Source of the DNA: Eledone cirrhosa
Lineage: Eukaryota
Direction: 5' to 3'
Length of the DNA stretch: 64,000 bases
Assembly (NCBI GenBank): GCA_964016885.1
Contig: OZ024743.1
Coordinates: 294,314,001 to 294,378,000 of the forward strand
Part shown: positions 27,801 through 38,032 of the stretch, piece by piece
Layout of the letters: each line of letters starts with the position of its first letter
Position numbering within the stretch: position 1 is the first letter of the stretch
Notes under the pieces: generated by a model
Told to the model about the DNA's origin: nothing
What the model saw: the letters and a program-made list of their open reading frames with translations, nothing else
The model's database searches: none
Translations under genes and position numbers: made by a program

Positions 27801-28258
27801 CCGGTTCAAGATAAACTCTACAGGCACGGAAGTGCTGTCAGACGGACTTGCCCAAGATGCGCGCAGAGCGACGAAACCGTTCTGCACGCACTCGTCCAGT
27901 GTCCTTGCATTACTGACTTGTGGAGTTATGTTGAACAGCGTGTAGAACGAATCCGGCTATCGGCCGAGTCCATAGTGAAGATCGACCTGCCACCTTCTTT
28001 TGGCCAGGGAGGGCAGGCAATTTTCCTCTGTCTGGTGGCAGTAGCGAAAGAGGTTGATGGTGGACGAGATTGAAAGGAGTGAAGACAGACACTTTTCTCT
28101 TCGGCCAATCCCTCATCAACTTTTTCAAGTTTCACTTGGAAAGGAAGGTGAGGGTTGAGAGAGAAGTGCTGCCCCCCAGTACATTTGCTGAAAGGAAGGT
28201 GGGTGAATGTGGCGAGAATGGCCCGTGTGAGTGGGCCTACTCTGGTCATGCGGCTGTA
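24875..28258 (+). pseudogene. Tx1-like ORF2 (AP endonuclease, RT, C-terminal zinc finger) with many stops and frameshifts
   Basis: MVVLRVGCLNVRGL, GGGVAVL, LAGDWN, SYIDRIF, YSDH (APE); FRPITLLN, VRQGCPLS, AYADD (RT); CPRC..HALVQC. Confidence 0.88.
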
Positions 28259-28547
28259 GGTAGGTAAATTTGAAGAGGAGAGGGGTGCCCTCCCAGGGTT
28301 CTCTCGAAGCGTCGGGTCGTTCAGGACTGGTGGGGTACCTGAGCGAACACTAGGTGGTCATCCCCCCTAATGGGGAACGTTTTCTTGTTGTAATTTTCTT
28401 GTTACGTTATTGTTACTTTGTTATTGTTACTTTGTTTATTCATATTGTTTACTCGATTTTTCTGTAAAACCCCACTGTCCCAGTCTTTTGTATTGTCCCC
28501 TATATGTCGGCCCTTGTGGCCAATAAATGAAATCATTATTGTTATTA

Positions 28548-29669
28548 CTCTTTGAGTCTCATCATTGATGTTAGTTAACTGGAAAGTTTGTTGAAATGAA
28601 TATCAAACCACAACCTGCAGCCTCAGATATTCAGGACGTATCGGAGGGTTCTTGCTGTTCCCAGCAAGCATGCCTTTTGAAGCGTTTCAAAAAGCGTGAA
28701 GGGGCTAATTTTCTTTAACCATACCTGGAAACTTTTTGAGATAGTCCCTAGTGCGCCTATGACAATCGGGATCACTTTGACTTCATAGCAGTTCCAAATC
28801 CTTTTTACCTCCCACTTTAAGACCTGGTATCGGTTAATTTTCTCCCTCTCCTTCTCTTGCACTCTCGTGTCGAATGGGCAGGCCACATCCACAATCAGGC
28901 ACGATCTTTTTTCTTTGTCCAAAACCACCAGGTCAGGTCTATTGTGTTCCAGTTTCTTGTCCGTCTGTATCCTAAAATCCCACAGCACCTTCACCTGATC
29001 GTTTTCTATCAACGCCTCTGGCTTATGTTCATACCACTTCTCAGAATGTGGTAAATTGTTTACTTTGCATAGGGGCCAGTGGACCACCCTGCCCATCACA
29101 TCATGTCTCCAGTCCTTATAGTGAGTCTGGGCTAGGTGTTTACACTCGGATACAATGTGAGCCACAGTATCCTCTCTCTCTCTCCACAGATCCTGCACAG
29201 TGGGCTAGCCTCCTCCTTGTAAATGTGGTGTTTCAACCACTTCGTTTTGAGGGCCTGCTCCTGAGCAGCCATTAACATTCCTTCTGTAGCCTTTTTAAGG
29301 TCTCCTCTTTTCAACCAGTTCCATGTCTGTGGATCTCTAAATTCAGTTTTCTTAAAGAAGGTACGATGATGGGATTTTTCCTGAAGGCTGCTCTTTCTCA
29401 TTGATGTTATTTCTTCATTGGAACAACCCCTGGCCTATTGTCCCCTCCTTCAGTACAGTTCTGAGCATTGGCTCCTTACTATCAGTCACGTATTTGTGTA
29501 GGTTGTTTTTCTCCATCTGAACACAGTCCTCTATGCTGATAAGACCTCTTCCACCTTCAGATCTCCTTAAGTAGAGTCTATCGACATCACTCCTCTTGTG
29601 GAAAATATTGTAGATAGTCAATAGCTTCCTAGTCTTCCTATCCATTTATTTTTGTTCAGCAACATTCCA

Positions 29670-29671
<2 letters not shown>
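28548..29671 (-). mobile_element. family A, 5'-truncated, more diverged copy (~1.1 kb)
   Basis: Homologous to 10157-11276; two frameshifts; followed by (TTA)n at 29672-29703. Confidence 0.92.
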
Positions 29672-29705
<34 letters not shown>

Positions 29706-29784
29706 TTATTCCAGAAGGTCTATTAACAAAGCGTAAAACAAGTTTTGTAACGTTCCCCCCACCTCTCTCAATCACTCTCACTCA

Positions 29785-29886
<102 letters not shown>

Positions 29887-29946
29887 CTCTCTCTTTCTCT
29901 CTCTCTCCCTCTCTCACTATATATACATATACATATATATATATAT

Positions 29947-30029
<83 letters not shown>

Positions 30030-30033
<4 letters not shown>

Positions 30034-30872
30034 GTGTGTCAGAAAAGTTCCAGGACTAATGTCACAAAAGATTTATTTCAAACCCAAACTTCACACTAAG
30101 AGTTTTCTCCTTCAAAGTAATCCCCTAGTGTCTAATGCACTCCTCCATCCTTTTCTGCCACGCTTGCACGCACTTCTGGAAGGATTCTTCCGGGATCCTC
30201 CGCAGTTTCGTCGTCACGGACATTTTGATATCCTCCACGTCTTCAAAACGGGTCCCCTCCCGGTCGTACTCGAAGATCCATGACTCATCACCAGTGATAA
30301 CTGTCCCTAGCAAGTCTGGTTCGGTTTCAAGACGCTTGAGGATGTCATGGCACACTTGCATGCGTTGACCATTCTGGTCATCGTTCAGCAGTTTTGGCAC
30401 CATCTTCGCGCAGAATTTCCACATTTCCAAATCTTCAGTGAACATTTTCCAGAAGCTGTCCCGATCCATGCGCAGCTCATTTGCAATCAGTCGAACAGTC
30501 AGCCGACGATCGCTACCCACCATCTGCCTGACGCGCTCAACGTTGACCTCAGTTTTGGTTCGTGGGGGCCTTCCGCTCCTGGTGTCATCATCCACGTCCT
30601 CGCGTCCTTCTTTAAACCTCTTGCACCACTCAAAAACACGTGAGCGTGACATCGTCTCATCTCCATACACTAGCTGCAGCAATGCCAGTGCTTCTGACCG
30701 AGTTTTCCCCAACTGTACCAGAAACTTCAAGTTTGTTCGTTGCTCTGTGCTCATTGCTTGACGACCTGAAACAGAGGACATGTATATAAAATTATGGGGA
30801 AAAAGTTTGAACGCTTCAGAAAGGGACATACTCCAGGGGGATTACTTTGAAGGAGAAAACTCTTAGTGTGAA
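30030..30872 (-). mobile_element. mariner-type DNA transposon, internally deleted
   Basis: ORF 30829-30125 has a mariner N-terminus (EQRTNLKF..VFEWCKRFKEGRE..RSGRP, MVPKLL, ITGDESW) and then jumps to GTRFEDVEDIK, losing the rest of the catalytic core. Inverted repeat 30091-30126/30835-30871. Left end TA|TGAGGTGTGTCAGAAAAG lies in (TA)n; the outer right end is missing. Confidence 0.85.
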
Positions 30873-30907
30873 TGTAAGAATATTTTCGAAACAGCGAGCG
30901 AGTTTGA

Positions 30908-31044
30908 AATTATAAATGTAAGCTATCGCCGTATTTTGACTAAAGAAATTAAAGAAAATTATTTAGCCTGATAGTAAGCCCAATATCAGGCTAAATAATT
31001 TTCTTTAATTTCTTTAGTCAAAATACGGCGATAGCTTACATTTA

Positions 31045-31049
<5 letters not shown>
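30908..31049. repeat. perfect inverted repeat, 66-bp arms, 10-nt loop
   Basis: 30908-30973 is the exact reverse complement of 30984-31049. Confidence 0.93.
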
Positions 31050-31122
<73 letters not shown>

Positions 31123-31131
<9 letters not shown>

Positions 31132-31550
31132 GAAAACACAGGTAAGCATTAAGAGAAGGATTTTATCCAGGTATTTACGACCGTTTCATTGTTAAGTGCA
31201 ACCTTATATTGCTATACTGCAAATACCAGCCACTCAATTATAATTGTTGTTCACAACATACTATTTTGAAAATTTGGACTGTGAACAACAATTATAATTG
31301 AGTGGCTGACTGCTATTTGCAGTATAGCAATATAAGGTTGCACTTACCAATGAAACGGTCGTAAATACCTGGATAAAATCCTTCTCCTAATGCTTACCGG
31401 TGTTTTCTCTTTTATACTTTATACTCCAAGATTGAACGGAATTCTTATAAACTTGTGGAGTTACCCCTAACCGTACGTTGAATCCATCCATGAAACTGGC
31501 TTTCTTAACCAAGAACTGGATCAGAATAAGCAATCTTTTGCTTCTCTAAC
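31123..31550 (+). mobile_element. PLE pseudo-LTR remnant with an inverted duplication (arms ~31123-31255 / 31280-31416)
   Basis: Near-perfect inverted repeat containing a hammerhead 3' half (GAAACGGTCGTA at ~31352); flanked by (TA)n. Confidence 0.7.
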
Positions 31551-31570
31551 TATATATATATATATATATA

Positions 31571-33170
31571 TAGGAAAAAGTATGACACGGCGGCTCACGC
31601 AACGTAACGTGGTTCAATCCTCCTCACAATGCCGAGGTGACAACACCTATCGGGAAAATCTTCTTTAGGCTCCTCGAAAACACTTCCCACTACAACACCG
31701 CTACCACAACATAATCGACAAAAACACCAGCAAACTCTCTTACAGCACCACACCTAACTTCGCACAAAACATCGTCTTCTCAAACAACAAAAAACTCAAC
31801 GACTATGGAAGAAACAACCTAGACATCAGTGGAGAGCCGACCAGGAGGTGTAACTGCGCTGATAGATCTACGTGCCCCCTCAACAACAAATGCCGAGAAC
31901 GTAACGTCATCTATCAGTGCAACGTGAGGACGGACACCTCCAACAAAGCTTATATAGGATTAACCGCGTGTGACTTCAAGACCCGGCTCTACCAATACCG
32001 ACTTACTTTCCGAAACCTGGTCCGGCGACATGCCACTACACTTTCGGGCCACATCTGGGACCTCCAAGATAATAATATAACCTACAATCTCACTTGGAGC
32101 TTACTGTCCAGGGCGAATTCTTACACGGGAGGATCCCGTCCGTGTAACTTATGCTCGGAGGAAACATTACAAATGCTGTTTTCGAAGGACCAACTCCTAA
32201 ACAAGAAAGACGAACTGGTAACCGCATGCAAACACAGATTGCGTAGGACTTACCTCGCCCTCAAACCTCATAACGACCCGGGTGGGTAGATAAGGGCTGA
32301 TACCCCCCACTTGCCGAATAAGTTAGGGGAAACTCCAGCTTACATAGGTAGTTGTATCGCTTTTCTTTTCCTCTTTGTCTTCTTATTCCCCCTGTCTCAT
32401 TCTATCACTTCCTTCCACCCCCTATTTTCTTCCTCGTCTGCTTTTCCTCTTTCGCCTACCCCGATGCATCCCATCGGGCCTCTGTAGCATCAGTTCCCCC
32501 ACCCCTGTAATTTTAAGATAGAATTGGCCGAAAACGTTTTACTAATTACTTATAGCAGATGTGTTAGACCCCTTTAATTTTGTATCAGTTTTGTTACTAC
32601 TCAATTTCTACAACTTGTTTCTATTCTCAACTTATTAACATGTAATTGTAATATACCATTGTGATTTTTTTTATTCATTTCGCACTATCTGATTTTATAA
32701 AAAAAATTTTATTTTTATTTATTTCTATTATCTTTTATTGTCTCCTACTCTCATTCGAATTACCTATTCTATAACCTCCCTCCTCCAATTTATACACTAT
32801 CCTTAGAATCTGCTGTATACATATCACTTTCAATGCTTGACCGCTCCACTCACTCCCCTATTGTTCTACACGCAAGTACAGCCACCCCTACCTCCCACCA
32901 AATGCCATGATAGATTTATTTGTGTTTACAACACATTTTAACCAATCCTCTTGACAACTACAATCTTCCCATATAAGGAAGTACCCCCTTGAAAAGTTCG
33001 GCTATTTATTCACCAGGCTAAACATTCTAATTTAGTCCAGAAATAGCCGTCGAAACGGCTTGAGCTCTGCCGTCGGGTCATACTTTTTGCTATTTCCCAC
33101 TCTACTACCCTAAGTATTGAGTACTCTGGTGCGTTATAGTACATCTGGTTCATTAGCACAATTCCTTTGT
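31571..33170 (+). mobile_element. Penelope-like element 3' part (GIY-YIG and pseudo-LTR), probably Naiad-type
   Basis: RNVTWFNPP (~31598), CNCADRSTCPLNNKC = CxCx5Cx5C (31849-31893), VIYQC..AYIGLT..FKTR, CNLCSEE, LLNKKDE. 31571-31593 is an inverted copy of ~33070-33092. (TA)n flanks. Confidence 0.8.
32981..33083 (+). ncRNA. type-I hammerhead ribozyme, U3-A8 core variant
   Basis: CCC-TTGAAAA-[g..cggctattt/aaatagccg.c]-GAAA-cggc/gcc-GTC-GGG; all three stems pair. Confidence 0.75.
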
Positions 33171-33231
33171 TATATATATATATATGTTAAAAAAATCAAA
33201 GAACTCCTACATACTTATACAATTTTTATTT

Positions 33232-33276
33232 GCTGACAATGTTTCATCTATACCATTAGGCAGCAATCATCAGAGC
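33232..33276 (-). ncRNA. minimal type-I hammerhead motif
   Basis: gct-CTGATGA-...-GAAAC-ATT-GTC-agc; stem II is weak; AATAAA follows immediately, then (TA)n. Confidence 0.6.
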
Positions 33277-33359
33277 TTTATCGAGCTTAGTCACATGAAC
33301 ATATATATATTTATTAACGTGGTCTATGTTAATAAATAAATAAATATATATATATATAT

Positions 33360-33535
33360 ATATAAATACAATATCGGAGAAAGTTTTTAGCGATACTCCG
33401 GCCAAATTCCAACTCACTCAACAAACATTAGGAAATAAGTGATTATATTCCCAAATATATGTTCGGGGTGCTAACTAAAAGTATTGCGTGGAAAATTGCC
33501 TGTATTATTTCAAATGAGACATATCTAATATATCT
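33360..33535 (+). repeat. dispersed repeat next to (TA)n; second copy at 62830-63005
   Basis: AAATACAATATCGGAGAAAG...GAGACATATCTAATATA is present at both loci. Confidence 0.8.
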
Positions 33536-34054
33536 CTTCCCAGACGGACGTCTCGTTTCATTATAGGATTCCTACAATTTGGGTGAAATTATACCAATTT
33601 ATGTAGGAGCTTGTATACCATCAATAGATATATATTCAAGTGGGCTCCTATAATTCACCAGTGGGTTCCCCAATAATACTAATATTGATAATCTAACCAA
33701 CATCAGCATTTAGCGATAATCACTTTCTGTGCCTGAGGTATCTGTCAGGTTGCCAGTCCAGCAGTTCTGAAAGAAGTGCTCGAACTGATTCAAAAAGTGA
33801 GGAAGTGAATTACCGCCAACAAAAAACAATACATACGCGTGACAATGAACTCTGAAAGGAATTCAGGCAAGATGCTAAGAACTCAATAGGAAATTGAAAA
33901 AATATCTATGTGTGCACAACATTTGTTGACACACACAGATATTTTCTCGGGCAAAATAACAGAATGAGATATAAGGAACAATCAATATTCATATATAAAA
34001 AATAAACAAAGAAATGCTGACCTTATACCGGGAATTTTTATATTTATATATATA

Positions 34055-34112
<58 letters not shown>

Positions 34113-34119
34113 TACACAT

Positions 34120-35021
34120 TTATACGATAAACGTGGTTTTGTCTTTGAGTGTAATTGTTCTCAACGCTCAAAATAATGACGTATTATCCTCGCTTTTTCG
34201 GTTCATTGCCAGGGAACGTGTCCACGAACCAAAGTATCGTCTTCCTGTTTTCTTTCGGTTGCAATGTTTTTCGAAATATTTACTTCTGCGTTCACAGATT
34301 GATTTCTTTTATTTCCAGAAGATCCCGTTAAGGGTGAAAGCAGCAATTCTTTGCTTAAACTTTAATCTGTTATTTTAATAAATATAAATATAAATGTATA
34401 TGGAAGAAATGAAACAAAATTGTATTTCTCACTCTTAGTACGGCTGTTACTTAAATATAAGTATGTATACGTACATACATATATGTATACATACGTACAG
34501 TAATATGTATATGTGCATGCACATATGCATGTATGTATATATACATACTACTGTACGTCTGTATACATATATGTATGTACGTATACATACTTATATTAAA
34601 GTAACAGCCGTACTAAGTGTGAGAAATGAAAATTCGTTTCATTTCATCCATTTATCGTTTTCGGTGCGCCCGGCCGATTAACTCACTCGATATGCAAATT
34701 AGGCTGCTCAGCTGTTAATATGCATAAGGAAAGTATATACTTTCAGACGTTCAATCATCTGGCAGGACGGTATACGGTGCTGACGATAGCTAATAAGCTT
34801 GAAACTAGTACAACGTTCCTTTGTCAGTGTTGAACAAAAGGGCAACGATGGTTGCTAAACACTGTACTGCTTAATTTGGGATGTTTGTTTACAAACAAAC
34901 CGAGCATTATAATAAATGTTCGGTAAATTCATACGTACATATATATATGAGTGCATGCATGTATGTATATATATACATACTACTGTACGTCTGTATACAT
35001 ATATGTATGTACGTATACATA

Positions 35022-35030
<9 letters not shown>
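34120..35030. mobile_element. non-coding (TA)n-flanked repeat family, probably PLE-derived; other copies at 45420-46010 and 63190-63610
   Basis: Module X (34126-34380) matches 45757-46009 (+) and 63190-63446 (-). Module Y (34770-35025) matches 45420-45676 (-). Internal inverted repeat at 34425-34502/34547-34626. Confidence 0.7.
34774..34816 (+). ncRNA. minimal type-I hammerhead motif
   Basis: tg-CTGACGA-t-agc taataa gct-t-GAAAC-TA-GTA-ca; palindromic stem III (ACTAGT). Confidence 0.65.
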
Positions 35031-35100
<70 letters not shown>

Positions 35101-35129
35101 TTATATATATATTTATATATATTTATATA

Positions 35130-35353
35130 TGAAAAGATTCAGGACCCCGACGGCTGAGCTCCCGCCGTTTGTTGTTGAGGGTTGTTCTATCGACGGGGTA
35201 TTAAACAACCCATTTGTGGCGCATCCCCCCTATTGGGGATTTCGATTGTTGAAATTGTTTGTTTTTATATTTTTTTACACGACTGTATGTAAAATCCCCG
35301 GCATGTCTTTGTATTGTCCCCTTTCTTGTTGCGCCCATGTGGCTAATAAAGAA

Positions 35354-35416
<63 letters not shown>

Positions 35417-35640
35417 ATTCCATCTATCTATCTATCTATCTACCGCTTGATCGTCATGCCTTGTCCACGTAAAACGCTCACCAAAATGGAGCGCGTGCTC
35501 TTTCAGTTCCTTTGAAAAAAGCGGATTCTATCTGCTGTCAACACTCTTCAAACGGAGGGCTGGGGATGTCGTGGCTGACGATGAGCTAACACTTACTCAG
35601 ATTGCGACACCTCCACGTATTCCTCACCGAACAATTAATC
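35130..35640 (+). mobile_element. Tx1-like 3' UTR ending in (TATC)n, followed by a Tx1-like ORF2 fragment
   Basis: CCCCCTATTGGGG hairpin and TTGTATTGTCCC..GTGGCTAATAAAGAAATC as in the Tx1 UTRs; then [24 protein letters not shown] (cf. YRLTVVPCPKPRLTALERLLFRFL). Confidence 0.75.
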
Positions 35641-36185
35641 AACACGATTAATACCGGCTCCGAGTCGTAGCTGAGCACCAGGCTTAAGTCTCTCAGGTTG
35701 GCCACAACTTACTTTCCCTATTTTTCCACGGTTACTCATTTGCATGTTTCTTTCTCTTGTGTCTTCCCACGATGGGACCTGTTCATCTTTTTGTTCTCCT
35801 ATTTAATCTCCCATTCTTTCTCTGCGTTTTTATCCCTTTTTTCCCTTCTCTCTTACTTCCTCTCTCTTACTTCCTCTCTCCTCATCATTTCACCCCCTTA
35901 TGATCTTCCTCTTTTCCCTCCTTTTCCCCTTTTCCTCTCCTTTTTTTTCTCTTTTTTCTCTCTTTTTTTTCTCTCTTTTCTCTCTCTTTTTCCTCCTGGC
36001 CTTTTGATTAATAAAAAGCCTTAGGCTCTCCCGATCTCTACAGATGTCCTGTAATTCAGCGCCGAAACATCAGATCGGGATATTTACAGCTAACGAAGGT
36101 TTCTCCTTTCTTCTTTCTCCTCTTGTTCCGTCCTAACCACCATCCTAATCCTTGTTTTTAGTTACCACACAGGTCCTTTCGTTTC

Positions 36186-36224
<39 letters not shown>

Positions 36225-36927
36225 CATACAACATATATATAGATATATACATAACAACAACACCCAATCAAACAATATTGACTTAAGAGAAATATAAATA
36301 AATAAATAAATATATACACAAGCACAATAACAACAAACACATATAAACACACACTAGTAAACTAAGATAGAATACAGTAACCAAAACACAGTCACCCAAA
36401 CGCGAACACACACCAAACACTATACACAAACGCAAACACATGCGCAGAGAAGTCAAAAATAAATAAATAAATAAATAAATAAATAAACAAATTAAATAAA
36501 GATGGCGTAGATATACAATACAACAGGAGGAACATAATAGCACCACTGACGATGCTGCAGATGTGCAACGAAAGAACTTTGTTAGACTATATATATATGT
36601 GTTTGTGTCTATATTATATCTGTATTTTTGACCGTTGGTCAGTCAATGGTAAACATTGAGGACCGAATGAATTAACTGATATAAAAGATACAGAAGCGAA
36701 AACCAACCAAACAGTGAGTGAGTTCTGTTATTATTTCTGGCAATATTACAACAATATGACGCTCCCCAAGTATAAGAATATTTGTTTCGACACACAATTT
36801 CATATCAAAAACCTCGCAAAACAAATATATATGTATATATATATATATATATATAAAGAAAAAGGGATGAAATCGAAAATGCAACTGAAGTCTTATTTTT
36901 TTTTTAAATATATATATTTATTTGGTT

Positions 36928-36965
36928 CCTTTACCGGTTTCGCAGTTCTTCTGCTTTTCAAAAGG
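36928..36965 (-). ncRNA. minimal type-I hammerhead, U3-A8 variant (mirror copy)
   Basis: Exact reverse complement of 41079-41116. Confidence 0.75.
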
Positions 36966-37476
36966 TGAGTTAAGATGGAGGGTCTGTGGTTTTTCTCACA
37001 TCTGGTTGGTCTCTAAATGTTACTTGTTTTATATGGAAAAAGTGGCTCGAAAACCAGGTTTTTCGAGAAGTAATTTGATTGGTTTGTCAATAATTATAAT
37101 AAATTTCGCGCCAGTTCGCGTTACAATAGTTCTTCAAATAAGAGAGGGGGGGGGTTGTCACAGGTTTTTTTTCATATACGAGTGTTTGAATTTCTTTTTA
37201 CTTGAAAAAATGAGGCTCACGAAGGCTTTTTTTTGGTTGGTTATAAATGAAATTTGGCTGTCACGTGAACAAGTTTTCATTACATTTTTGCGCCCTTATT
37301 TGGAAAACTATTCTGTAGTCTTTATAGTGAATGTTATGACAATGGAGAGATAGTGGTCAAGGGAAAAGGGATTGGGAGAAATGTTCTGGTTCAGTGAATA
37401 TGGCCAGCTGTCAGAGTTCAGGTGTCAGAGTTCAGATTTTCTATTGAGACTGAAGATATGTGTTTATTTGTGTGCT

Positions 37477-37509
<33 letters not shown>

Positions 37510-38032
37510 ATGTGTGTATTGGAAGATGATTCTATTAGTAGAGATGGGGGAGGGAGTTGTGTGTTATGTGTGTGTGTGCGAGTATGTTAGATAGAGAGAA
37601 TATATATTTTGTGTGTGTGTATATATATATGTGTGTAGGAAAGTGGTTCTATTAGTAGAAATGGGGAGGGTGTTGTAGGTGTGGGGGTTGTTATGTGTGT
37701 GTATGGGTGTTATGTGTGTGGGAGTATGGTTAGCATGTTAAGATGAAGAGAATATATATATATATATTGTGTGTGTGTGTATGTGTGTGTGTAGGAAAAT
37801 GATTCCTTTAGTAGGAATATTTTTGAATGAACATATTTTCCTGACTTTTTCGTGTTTGCTATTGTATTGCCAGTGCAAACGTATGTTTAAGGTTTATTTA
37901 GTTCGGGTTTTTATTTTCTAAAGTAGAAGGTGTTATGTGTGTGTGTGTATGTCATATTGTGGTGTTGACATAATGTATATTAAACCTTATTTAATGTTGG
38001 TCTATATTTTTGAATAAACATATTTTCCTTAT

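Larger units (their letters stand above)
22683..28535 (+). mobile_element. Tx1-like L1-clade LINE, full-length architecture, decayed
   Basis: 5' UTR, ORF1, ORF2 (APE-RT-Zn finger) and a 3' UTR ending AATAAATGAAATCATTATT; short TTA runs at both ends. Confidence 0.9.

Noticed and set aside
9737-29703. CRISPR-like or telomeric array
   Set aside because: The spacers are variable-length (TTA)n, the units are retrotransposons, and there are no cas genes or TTAGGG tracts.
31571-32289. selenoprotein-encoding PLE
   Set aside because: The conserved Cys positions in the visible fragment are TGT/TGC; there is no in-frame TGA.
36540-36590. hammerhead-like CTGACGA..CGAAA
   Set aside because: Stems I and III and a cleavage triplet cannot be formed convincingly.
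36922-37590. 143-aa and 72-aa ORFs duplicated at 40454-41122
   Set aside because: These are antisense frames of the PLE 3' UTR, duplicated only because of the inverted repeat.
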